A program made the translations under genes and the position numbers. A stretch of 64,000 nucleotides of DNA from NCBI RefSeq assembly GCF_963921235.1, contig NC_086108.1, forward strand, positions 10,168,001 to 10,232,000, given 5' to 3'. Below, piece by piece: positions 39,412 through 50,407 of this stretch. Source of the stretch: Mobula hypostoma (taxonomy: Eukaryota). Numbering within the stretch: the first letter of the stretch is position 1; every line of letters begins with the position of its first letter. The notes beneath the pieces were generated by a model. It searched no databases and was not told the origin of the DNA. It saw only the letters and a program-made list of their open reading frames with translations.

Positions 39412-39611
39412 TGTTATGTTACTTTTGTTTAAATGTACCGTGGGTTAACAGTAAAGAATTATATTCTTGAAGAATTAGAGAACTTTTATTTACAGTAATA
39501 AACAAACACGTCTTAACCGAGCCACGTGCTGGAACGTTCTGGCAATCCCGCGCGTGCTCAGTGCTCTGTCCAATCATGTACTGGCACATCAGTGCACGTG
39601 ATATCACCACA
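39412..39611 (-). repeat. 5' LTR (200 bp) of the chimeric element
   Basis: Minus strand TGTGGTGATAT...AACATAACA; its last ~21 bp recur at 37757-37777. Confidence 0.85.
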
Positions 39612-39896
39612 GGTGGTGGGAGTCCTGAGGCATAGATGAGTGAACAGCTGCTATTTTCAGCCCAGGTCCCAAATGTGTAATACTAGAAGGCATGTTGCTA
39701 AGTTCACAAGAGATATCCAAGTTCAACTTCAAGTTCAAGGTCAAGTGTATTGTCAATTAACCATATACACGTATACTGCCAAACAAAACACTGTTCCTCT
39801 GGGCCAAGGTGCACTACACAGTACATATACCTCACACACCACATGTAAAGTAATATTACCACAAATGAATTAACAAATGATAAGGTGCATTTGTGG

Positions 39897-40112
39897 TGGG
39901 CACGGGGCCAAGTGGTTAGGGCATTCCTCTAGTGATCCGAAGGTCGCTAGTTCGAGCCTCAGCTGTGGCAGCGTGTTTGTGTCCTTGAGCAAGGCACTTA
40001 ATCATACATTGCTCTAGTGTCTGAGCGAGGAGTGGCGCCCCACACAGACTTCCAATCTGCACCTTGTAAGGCATGAAAATGCCCGACGCAGGTCTCTCAT
40101 GTTCTGAGTCGA
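39897..40112 (+). mobile_element. tRNA-derived SINE with CORE-like segment
   Basis: GGCCAAGTGG (box A), AGTTCGAGCC (box B), GTGTCCTTGAGCAAGGCACTTAA. Confidence 0.65.
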
Positions 40113-40169
40113 CATTTCCTCCTATGACACAAGTTAAAAAGTAAACCATATAACACTACTGGCACTTCA

Positions 40170-40860
40170 TACATGATGAGATCTGAGCGTGGCAAGGAAT
40201 TCAGTCCTCTTACAGCCTGGGGGATGAAGCTGTTTCCCATCCTAACAGACCTTGCCCTAATGCCACGGTACAACCTGTCTGAACATAGGGAGTCAAAGAG
40301 ATTGTTGGACGGATGGGAGGGATCTTTGACAATGCTAAGGGCCCTGCGTGTGCAACATTCCTGATAAATACCTCAGATGGATGGAAGAGAGATCCTCTCA
40401 GCAGTCATTGCAATGCTTTGTAGGGACTTGTGGTCAATTGCCTTCCAGTTCCCATACCAGACAGTGTTACAGCTGCTGAGCACAGTCTCGATGGTGCTCC
40501 TGTAAAAATTGATTAAGGGCCTTGCTCCCCTCAATCTCCTCAGGACGTGGAGATGCTGCTGTGCTTTCTTGGCTAATGTGGTGGTATTGAGGGTCCAGGT
40601 GAGATGGTCTGCTGTGTATACTCCCAGAAACTTGGTGCTCCTAACTGTCTCCGTAGAAGAGCCATGTCTGTTGAGTGGTCAGCCTGTGCATTCCTAAAGT
40701 TCACAGTCATGTTTTCAGTCTTGTCCATGTTCACGCTCAAGTTGTGGTATTCACACCATTCTGACAGACGCTCTTCCTCCTCTCTGTACACTGTCTCGTC
40801 ATCGTTGTTGACGAGGCCAACCACGGCTGCGTCATCAGCGAACTTGATGATCCAATTTGA
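40170..40860 (-). mobile_element. Rex1/Babar RT fragment
   Basis: KFADDAAVVGLVNNDDETVYREEEERLSEWC. Confidence 0.8.
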
Positions 40861-41145
40861 GTGTTAGAGCCCGGAATGCGCCTAAGACTTTTGCACAGTA
40901 CTGTATTTGTCAACGTGGAGCAGAGAATGAGTTTGTAAATCTGGCAGGAGCAAAGGATGTTGGGAATAGTGAGGGAGGGATGTGGCACGGATGCAGATGC
41001 ACCTGGACCCGAGACTCCAGGCAAGGAGCTGTGAATGATAAGTACCAGGGGCAAAGCAGGAACAGATTCCTGGTGTGCCTCTACACCAGCGCACCATGAG
41101 TGCCTTCATGGTGGAAGCGGAGACCAGCAGCGATGACAGCTAGTT

Positions 41146-43980
41146 GGACCATAAAGGTGGTAATCTCTGGATTACTACCTGAGCCACATGCAAATTGGCA
41201 TAGGGTCAAGAAGATTAGAGAGACAAATGTGTGGCTCAAGGATTGGTGTGGGAGAAGTGGGTTTGAATTTATGGGAAATTGGTACCAGTAGTGGGGAAGG
41301 AGGGAGCTGTACCAATGGGACGGACTCCACCTGAACTGTGATCGGACCTGGATCCTAATGAATCGCACAACTAGGGCTGTAGATAGGGCTTCAAAATAAA
41401 TAGTATGAGGTGGGTTCAACAGATTGGAGAAGTATGGATAAAGTAAAAGAGAAAAGTGTGGATAAAAATAAAGTAAAAGCAAAGGATAAAAAAACAGAGG
41501 AGTAAGAACCGAGTGCAGAAAAGTCAAGTGCAAAAGAGTAAAAGATTACAAGATTTTAAAAGCACAATGAGTGTAAGGGCACTTTATTTGAATGCCTGTA
41601 GTATTCGAAACACGGCCAGTGAACTTGTGGCACAAATCAGTACAAAGGGGTATGATTCAGTGGCCATTACAGAGACATGGTTTCAGGGTGGAGAGGACTG
41701 GAATTAAATATCCAGGGATACCAGGTAATACGGAAGGATAGGCAGGAAGGTAAGGGAGGTGGGAAAGCGCTCTTAATTAAGGATGAGATCAGAGCGATAG
41801 TGAGAGATGATATGAGATCTAGGGAGCAGAATGTTGAATCCATCTGGGTAGAGGAATAGTAAAGGGAAAAAGGCATCGGTGGGAGTTGTCTATCGGCCAC
41901 CGAATAATAACATTACACTGGCACAGGCAATAAACAGGGAAATATCTGAGGCATGTAAGAATGGGACAGCAGTTGTCATCGGAGACTTTAACTTGCACAT
42001 AGATTGGGTGAATCAAGTTGGTCGAGGCAGTCTTGAGGAGGACTTCATAGAATGCATCTGTGACGGCTTTCTTGAACATCATGTTACTGAACCTACAAGG
42101 GAACATGCTATCTTAGATCTGGTGCTGCGCAATGAGACAAGTAAAATTAGTGATCTTGTAGTTATGGATCCTCTCGGAAAGAGTGATCACAGTATGACTG
42201 AGTTTCTCATACAAATGGAGGGTACAATAGTTCAATCTAAAACCAGTGTATTATGCCTAAACAATGGAGACTACAATGGGACGAGGGAGGATTTGGCTGG
42301 TGTAGGCTGGGAACACAGGCTATATGGTGGGACAGTTGAGGAACAATGGAAGACTTTCAAAGAGATTTTTCACGCTGCTCAACAAAAGTTTATTCCATTT
42401 AAAAGCAAGGACAGTAAGGGTAGGAAGAGCCAGCCTTGAATAACTAAGGAAATAAAAGAAGGTATCAAACTAAAAGCTTGTGCATACAAAGTTGGCAAGA
42501 GTAGTGGGAAACTAGAAGATTGGGAAAACTTTAAAAAGCAACAAAGAACCCAAGTGAGCAATAAAGAAAGGGAAGCTGGGTTATGAAAATAAACCAGCAC
42601 GAAATATAAAAATGGACAGCAAAAGTTTTTATAATTATATAAAGCAGAAAAGGGTGGCTAAAGTGAACATGGGTCCCTTGGAGGATGAGAAGGGGGAAAA
42701 TGATATTGGCAAAATGAGGAAATGGCCGAGGCTTTGAATGACTATATTGTGTCAGTCTGCACGGTGAAGGACATGTCTAACATGCCAAAGAGAGATGTTA
42801 TGGATGTGATGGGAGGTGAGGATCTTGATACAACAGCTATCACTAAAGGGGTAGTGCTGAGCAAACTTGTGGGCCTGAAGACAGGCAAGTCCCCTGGTCC
42901 TGTTGGAATGCACCCCAGGGTACTGAAAGAAATGGCAGAAGTTATAGTAGAGGCTTTGGTGATGACTTACCAAAGTTCCCTGGACTCTGCTCAGGTCCTG
43001 GTGGATTGGAAGACGGCGAATGTCACGCCACTGTTCAAAACATGATGTAGGCAAAAGGCAAGTAACTACAGGCCGGTTAATTTAACATCTGTAGTTGGGA
43101 AAATGCTTGAAGCTATCATTAAAGAAGAAATAGCGAGGCATCTGGAAAGGAATGGCTCCATCAGGCAGACACAGCATGGATCCTGCAAAGGCAGGTCCTG
43201 TTTGACAAACTTACCAGAGTTCTTTGAGGATACAGCGAGTGCAATGGATAGAGGGGAACAGATGGACGTTATTTACTTGGATTTCCAGAAGGCGCCACGT
43301 AAAAGACATCCATAAGATAAGGATGAATTAGCATGGGTAGAGGATTAGTTAACTAATAGGAAGCAGAGAGTTGGGATACATGGGTGTTACTCTGGTTGGC
43401 AATCAGTGATGAGCGGTGTGCCACAGAGGTCGGTGTTGGGCCCGCAACTTTTCATGATATACATTAACACTCTGGAAGAGGGGACCAAGTGTAGTGCTTC
43501 TACGTTTGTGGATGATACTAAATTGAGTGGAAAACCAAATTGTGCAGAAGGTACGGAGAGCCTGCAGAGAGATATAGATAGGTTAAGTGAGCGTGCAATG
43601 GGTCTGGCAGATGGAGTACAATTTTGGTAAATGCAAGGTCATCCATTTGGAAGGAAAAACGAAAGAGCAGATTATTATCTTAAATGGTAAGAAAATCGCA
43701 GCATGCTGCTGTGCAGAGGGACTTGGGAGTGCTTGTGCATGAATCGCAGAAGATTGGTTTGCAGGTGCAGCAGGCTATCAAGAAGGCAAATGGAATTTTG
43801 GCTTTCATTACTAGAGGGATTGAACTTAAGAGCAGGGAGGTTATGTTGTAACTGTACAGGGTACTGGTGAGTCCGCATCTGGAGAACTGCATGCAGTTCC
43901 GGTCTCCTTACTTGAGGAAAGATATGCTGGCTTTGGAGGTGGTGCAGAGAAGGTTCACCAGGTTGATTCCAGAGAAGAGG
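41146..43980 (+). mobile_element. 5'-truncated CR1 (ORF1 end plus disrupted ORF2)
   Basis: KVVISGLLPEP; LYLNACSI; VAITETW; GDFN; SDH; YLDFQKA; SGVPQRSVLGP; FVDDTK. Confidence 0.88.
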
Positions 43981-43984
43981 GGGC

Positions 43985-44620
43985 CTTCTATTGTGTCCTG
44001 ATGCAGCCTCCTTTACATTAGTGAAATCCCATGCTTTGTTGAGCACCTCCACTCCATCTGCCGTAAGTGGGACTGCCCAATAGCCAAACATTTTAATTCC
44101 TAATCCCATTCCTGTTCTGATGTATAATTCATGGTCCCTTTTTGTGCCAAGATGAGGCCACCCTCAGGGTGGAGAAGCAACACCTTATACTCCATCTGGG
44201 TAGCCTCCAACCTGATGGTATGAATATAAATTTCTCCTTCAGGTAGAAAAATTTCCTCATCACCTCCCTCCTCTATTCTCCACTCAGATCTTTCACTTCT
44301 TCTCACCTGCCTATTACCTCCCCCGGGTCCTCTCCTCCTTCCCTTTCTCCTATGGTCCAATCTTCTATCCTATCAGATTCCTTCCTCTCCAGCCCTTCGC
44401 CTTTCCCACCCATCTGGTTTCACCTATCTCCCTTCCCCTCCCTCCCATCTTTTTACTCTGGCATCTTCCTCATTCCTTCTTGGTCCTGCAGAAGAGTGTC
44501 TGGCTGAATCTTCGACTGCTTATTAATTTCCATAGATGCTGCTTGAGCTGCTGAGTTTCTGGAACATTTTTGTTTGTGTTGCTTTGGATTTCCATTCTAT
44601 CATCTGCAAACTCTCTTGTG
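43985..44620 (+). mobile_element. Penelope 3' fragment
   Basis: Homologous to 5936-6480 and 1393-2421; decayed hammerhead at ~44480-44518. Confidence 0.75.
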
Positions 44621-44914
44621 ATCATGTTCTTAATACCATATATATATACAGTGGCATGCAAACATTTGGGCACCCCTGGTCAAAATTTCTGTTACTGTGA
44701 ATAGTTAAGTGAGTAGAAGATGAACTGATCTCCAAAAGTCATAAAGTTAAAGACAAAACATTCTTTTCAACACTTAAGCAAGATTAGTGTATTATTTTTC
44801 TTTTGTACAATTTTATAGTGAAGAAATGAAAGGAGAACCATGCAGAAGTTCGGGCACCCCAAGAGATTTGCGCTCTCAGATAACTTTTACTAAGGTCTCA
44901 GACCTTAGTTAGCT

Positions 44915-45126
44915 AGCTGGTGGTGTAGTGACATCAGCGCCGGACTTCAGAGCGAAGACTCCCGAGTTCGAATCCAGCCAGCTCCCTTACACGCTTTCCA
45001 TCTGTGCTGGGTTGAGCATCGAGCTAGCAACTCAGCCTCATAAAAATAAGAAAGCCTGCTAAAAAAATGCCATCATGACAGCGTCCTGATGACTCCACCC
45101 GGAGTTAAGGGCTTTCTTCTTCTTCT
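44915..45126 (+). mobile_element. tRNA-derived SINE nested in Tc1
   Basis: Box A TGGTGTAGTG, box B GAGTTCGAATCC, (TTC)n tail, 17-bp TSD TCAGACCTTA[G/A]TTAGCT. Confidence 0.85.
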
Positions 45127-45251
45127 TCAGACCTTAATTAGCTTGTTAGGGCTATGGCTTGTTCACAGTCATCATTAGGAAAGGCCAGGTGATGCAAATT
45201 TCAAAGCTTTATAAATACCCTGATTCCTCAGACCTTGTCCCAACAATCAGC

Positions 45252-46272
45252 ATAGGCTCCTCTAAGCAGCTACCTAGCACTCTGAAAGTTAACATAAATG
45301 ATGCCCACAAAGCAGGAGAAGGCTATAAGAAGATAGCAAAGCATTTTCAGGTAGCCGTTTTCTCAGTTCATAATGTAATTAAGAAATGGCAGTTAACAGG
45401 AACGGTGGAGGTCAAGTTGAGGTCTGGAAGACCAAGAAAACTTTCCTAGAGAACTGCTCATAGGATTGCTAGAAAGGCAAATCAAAACCCCCCTTTGACT
45501 GCAAAAGACCTTCAGGAAGATTTAGCAGACCCTGGAGTGGTGGTGCACTGTTATACTGTGCAGCGACACCTGCACAAATATGACCTTCATGGAAGAGTCA
45601 TCAGAAGAAAACCTTCCCTGCGTCCTCACCACAAAATTCAGCATCAGAAGTTTGTGAAGGAACATCTAAACAAGCCTGATGCATTTTGGAAACAAGTCCT
45701 GTGGACTGATGAAGTTAAAATAGAACTTTTTGGCCGCAATGAGCAAAGGTATGTTTGGAGAAAAAAGGGTGCAGAATTTTATGAAAAGAACACCTCTCCA
45801 ACTGTTAAGCACAGAGGTGGATCGATCATGCTTTGGGCTTGTGTTGCAGCCAGTGGCACGGGGAACATTTCACTGGTAGAGGGAAGAATGAATTCAATTA
45901 AATACCAGCAAATTCTGGAAGCAAACATCACACTGTCTGTAAAAAAGCTGAAGATGAAAAGAGGATGGCTTCTACAACAGGATAATGATCCTAAGCACAC
46001 CTCAAAATCCACAATGGACTACCTCAAGAGGCACAAGCTGAAGGTTTTGCCATGGCCCTCACAGTCCCCTGACCTAAACATCATCGAAAATCTGTGGATA
46101 GACCTCAAAAGGACAGTGCATGCAAGATGGCCCAAGAATCTCACAGAACTGGAAGACTTTTGCAAGGAAGAATGGGCAAAAATCCTCCAAACAAGAATTG
46201 AAAGACTTAGCTGGCTACAGAAAGCATTTACAAGCTGTGATACCTGCCAAAGGGGGTGTTACTAAGTACTGA
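45252..46272 (+). pseudogene. Tc1 DD34E transposase, inactivated
   Basis: GRPRK, WTDE, QQDNDPKH and SPDLNIIENLW; probable start mutated to ATA, TAG at 45447, frameshift near 46207. Confidence 0.93.
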
Positions 46273-48486
46273 CCATGCAGGGTGCCCAAACTTTTGCTTT
46301 GGGACCTTTTCCTTTTATGTTATTTTGGAACTGTAAAAGATGGAAATAAAAAAGTAATCTTGCTTAAAATATTAAAGAAATATGTCATCTTTAACTTCAT
46401 GCCTTTTGGAAATCAGGTCATCTTTTACTCGCTTAGCCATTCACAGTAACAGAAATTTTGACCGGGGTGCCCAAACTTTTGCATGCCACTGTGTGTATAT
46501 ATATATACACACACACCCACACAAATTGTCTTCTTTTGTGCATTTATTATTTGTCAGCTTTTATGTATGTATAATTTTTCATGGGGGGCGCGGGTGAGGT
46601 CTGGGCCTGACGTCCCGCTCACCCAGGGAAAGTGTATGTGCAATACATCGCCTCTCCTTTCCCAGTGTAGTGATCGCCGCATGGTCACTGTCTGGTTTGC
46701 TAGGCAGGAGGCCACTGCAAACGGCCTCTCCTACATTACTGTGTCCGTAGCAACACCTTCTTGTTGGTGCCCCCCCCCGCCACCCGTTCCCACCGAGCTT
46801 GCTACATCATGGCGCAACTGAGTGTCCGGTGGTATAACTGGATGGGTAGGGTGGGGTCGTTAGCCTTGGTTTGCAGCCGGCCTAAGAGAAGGACAACTCT
46901 GAATCCAAACCCGGGCAGGTGGGGCTCGTTAGCCTCGTCAGGCCATCCACCTCGGAGAAGGACACTCCGACGTAAATCCTACCACCCGAGGACCTCGTTG
47001 TCACCGTCCCAGCTTGCTGGGCTATGGCAGATGAACCCCAGGTGTAAAGGGTGGGGCTAGTACCGCGCACACCGCACTCCACCTAAAATACCATTGCGCA
47101 GGCAGAAGGACACGCCCACGTCTGCGACCATCCTCCCTGACCACTCATCAAGCTCTGCAGAGATGGGAAAGGGGCGAAAACAGAAGGTGGAAGATGACAC
47201 TGGAAGCCGCAGTTCCGATCCTGCGTGCAGGTGGTTCAGGTGTATGGGTCGTCTGACGCTGACCCCGAAGACGACGATATCATTCGGCAGCACCCTGAAT
47301 GACCAAACAGGCTTCTCTAGGGACAGTAGTGCTTTCTCCACATGGAGAGGGGCCTAGGAAAGGTGGCCTAACCAAAGCTCATTTCCATTTCCCCCAGTTG
47401 GCTAGCTGCGGTCAACGGGCATCCTCAAATGCGGTCGAACAACAACAAAAAAGAAAAGGTCCACACCTGCCTCACAAGGAGTGCAAGGACTAAAGCTCGC
47501 ATGCTGGAACATCAGAACCATGCTCGATACAGCAGACAGTGGTCGCCCAGAACGATGATCTGCTCTAGTTGTGTACAAACTTTCAAGACGGAATGTCGAC
47601 ATCACTGCTCTTAGTGAAGTCTGCTTTCCAGAGGAAGGCAACTTTCAAGAACATGGCGCCGGCTACACCCTCTACTGGTCAGGCAAGCCAGAGACTGAGA
47701 GACGCCTTTCTGGCATTGGCTTTATGGTCAGGAACTCCATTGCCTCCAAACCTGAAAAATTGCCAACGGGTCACTCTGACTGCATCATCTCCATGCGCCT
47801 CCCACTTCGAACCAAGCAGCATGCCACAGTCTTCAGCGTCAGCGTGTACTCTTCAATCAGATCCTGCAGAAAAGGACAAGTTTTACACTGATCTGAGCAA
47901 CCTAGTACGGAACGCCCCTGCAGACGACAAGGTCTTCATCCTTGGCGACTTCGATGCCAGAGCAGGCCAAGATTCAGAAGTCTGGAAAGGAGTACTTGGC
48001 AAACATGGTGCTGGAAACTGCAACGATAATGGGTGCCTTCTGTTAGAGTTTTGTGCAAAGCAGCAATTCACTATCACTAACACCATTTTCCAGCAGAAAG
48101 ACAGTCTGAAGACAACCTGGATGCATCCTCGGTCCAAGCATTGGCACCTCAGACTACATCTTGGTACGCCAGAGAGACCCTTGGGACGCCTTACTCACCC
48201 GAGAGATGCCCAGCGCAGAGTGTCATATGGACCATCGCCTTGTCCGCTGCAAACTCAGTCTCCATTTCAAACCCAAGCCAAAGAGAGGAGGTGCTCCAAG
48301 GAAGAAGTTTCAGGTTGGCAACCTCCAGTCAGCTGAAGTGAAAACTGACTTTCAGACAAATCTTCAGTCGAGGATTCAGGATCCCAGTTTCCCTACAGAC
48401 TCCTCTCCAGAAGTACTTTGGGAACACCTAAAAACCACCATCCTGCAAACCTCTGAAGAAGCCCTAGGGTTTTCCACAAAGAAGAG

Positions 48487-49186
48487 TGTAAGGGGGTTTC
48501 GATTTTTATGTTACTGCGGAGGCTAATTAAAATGGCGTCTTTGTTATGTTAATCTGGGGAATGCGACTTTGTTGTGTTAAATGCTGAGAAAGTTTGCGCT
48601 AGCAGCTTGTTTTTGCTTTAGAGGGTGATAAGAGAGTGCTATTAACCAATTGGGATAGTTGTTATGGTTTTGGTGTATTTGAAGATACTGTATGCGCGGG
48701 CTTTTGGGGCAGAAGGCGGGAGAGCGAGACAGAGGATGGACGAGGTGCTGTGAGTCCGCTAACGGGGTCGGACCCCGAGCGGGACGTTCGGCGAGGAGAC
48801 GGAGACGGACTCGTGTGGAGCGTCTGGTCGACCACCGTTGTTGGTCCCAGGCGGCCGGTCGAGGTGGTCCGAGGGGTCGCAGGCTGAAGAAGAAGGTCCT
48901 TGAGCTCCAACGGTTTTTGTGCACGAAGAGATTGAACTTTGATAAGTGTGGCGCCTTTTATTTTCCTTTTATATTTTATTCTCTTTTAATTATATAGTTC
49001 CAGTAACATCTATAAACTGTAAATCATTTAATTGCATCTGGTGTATTGTCTGTTATTTGGGCGGGGTGGGGTACCTCACACAGCATCCACACAAATGAAT
49101 TTATCCAGTTTGGCGGGGCCGAGGCTGTTTCCCTAGACCTCAGTGAGCCGAGCGACCCTGAGGGTGGCCGGGGGGGGGGGGCTACA
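48487..49186. mobile_element. Solo LTR (700 bp) inserted in the RTE
   Basis: TGTA...TACA termini; 4-bp TSD AGAG; removal restores GFSTKKSKDWFDEN. Confidence 0.85.
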
Positions 49187-50036
49187 AGAGCAAGGACTGG
49201 TTTGATGAAAACAACCAGGAGATCCAAGAATTGCTGGCGAAGAAGAGATCCGCTCACCAGGCGCACCTTGCTCAGCTGTCTTATCCTGATGAGAAAGCAG
49301 CCTTCCGCCTTGTATGTAGCAACATCCAGCGCAAGTTTCGAGAGATTCAGAACGTGTGGTGGATCAACCCTGCAAAGAGGACTCAGCTTTGCGCAGACAC
49401 CGGTGACTACAGAGGGTTTTATGAAGCCCTGAGAGTGGTGTACGGCCCTTCGCAACAGGTCCAGAGTCCCTTGCGCAGTGCAGACGGTCAGGCAATCTTC
49501 ACAGACAAGGCGTCCATCCTGAACCAGGGGTCGGAACATTCCCAGACTCCCTTCAGCGCCAACCACATGGTCCAAGACTCAGCAATTCATCACATCCCAC
49601 AACAGCCAGAGAAAACAGAACTGGACAAGATTCCAACCCTACAAGAGACAATCGAGGCCATAGAGCAGCTGAAAGGTGGCAAGGCAGCGGGAGTTGATGG
49701 AATCCCACCTGAGATTTGGAAGCATGGGGGCCCAGCGTTACACACCAAACTCCATGAGTTCTTTGTCTGCTGCTGGGAACAAGGCAAACTACTACAGGAC
49801 CTCCGAGATGCAGTCATCATCGCGGAACAAGGGAGAAAAGTTCGACTGCTCCAACTACCGGGGGGATAACTCTTCTCTTTATCGCAGGAAAAATCCTCGC
49901 AGGAGTACTCCTGAACAGATTGGTGCCCATCATTGCAGAAGAACACCTCCCAGAGAGCCAGTGTGGCTTCAGAGCCAACAGGAGCACCGCCGACATGGTA
50001 TTTGTTCTCAGGCAGCTCCAAGAGAAATGCAGGGAA

Positions 50037-50407
50037 TGCTACAATCCCTTACTTTCAGCTTTTTTTGTGTAAGTTTTACAGTTTTTTGTTGTGAATTACA
50101 TTATATTTTTGGTAGTCGGCATAATATTTTCTTTTTTCTAATATATATTTACAGCTCTGTGTGGTTGAATGCTCTGATTAATTTTTTTCTTTTATACACA
50201 GAAATGGTTGGCCTGGGTTTTTTTTCAGTGGGAGGTTGGGGTGGATACTAATCTTACACAATTTTATTTTCGGTGCTTTTTTTATTGCTATGAACTATAT
50301 ATTGGACTTGTTTGTTTTGCACTGTATAAATCTCCATTTTGTTGATGGTTTTTTTCTGTAGCTCTATTGCAGCAATGCATAAAAAAATTAATAAAAAGAT
50401 TAAAAAA
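50037..50407 (+). mobile_element. Polyadenylated retroposed fragment (L1/Tx1-like 3'UTR)
   Basis: T-rich body, AATAAA plus A tail, 16-bp TSD AGAGAAATG[C/T]AGGGAA. Confidence 0.75.

Larger units (their letters stand above)
37757..39611 (-). mobile_element. Chimeric Gypsy-type LTR element carrying captured host-gene fragments
   Basis: TG...CA ends; TSD GGTGG at 37752-37756 and 39612-39616; LTR, PBS, gag, protease, then host-like coding pieces. Confidence 0.9.
44649..46491 (+). mobile_element. Tc1-family IR/DR DNA transposon
   Basis: CAGTGGCATGCAAA ... TTTGCATGCCACTG termini, ~200-bp imperfect TIRs with inner GGGCACCC repeats (~44850, ~46280), TA on the left. Confidence 0.95.

Noticed and set aside
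44915..44990. tRNA gene (also 1-116 and 39897-39970)
   Set aside because: The A/B boxes are SINE heads followed by SINE bodies and tails, one with a TSD.
45085..45110. CTGATGA plus CTCC/GGAG hairpin in the SINE tail as a hammerhead
   Set aside because: The GAAA core is absent (TTAA follows the hairpin).
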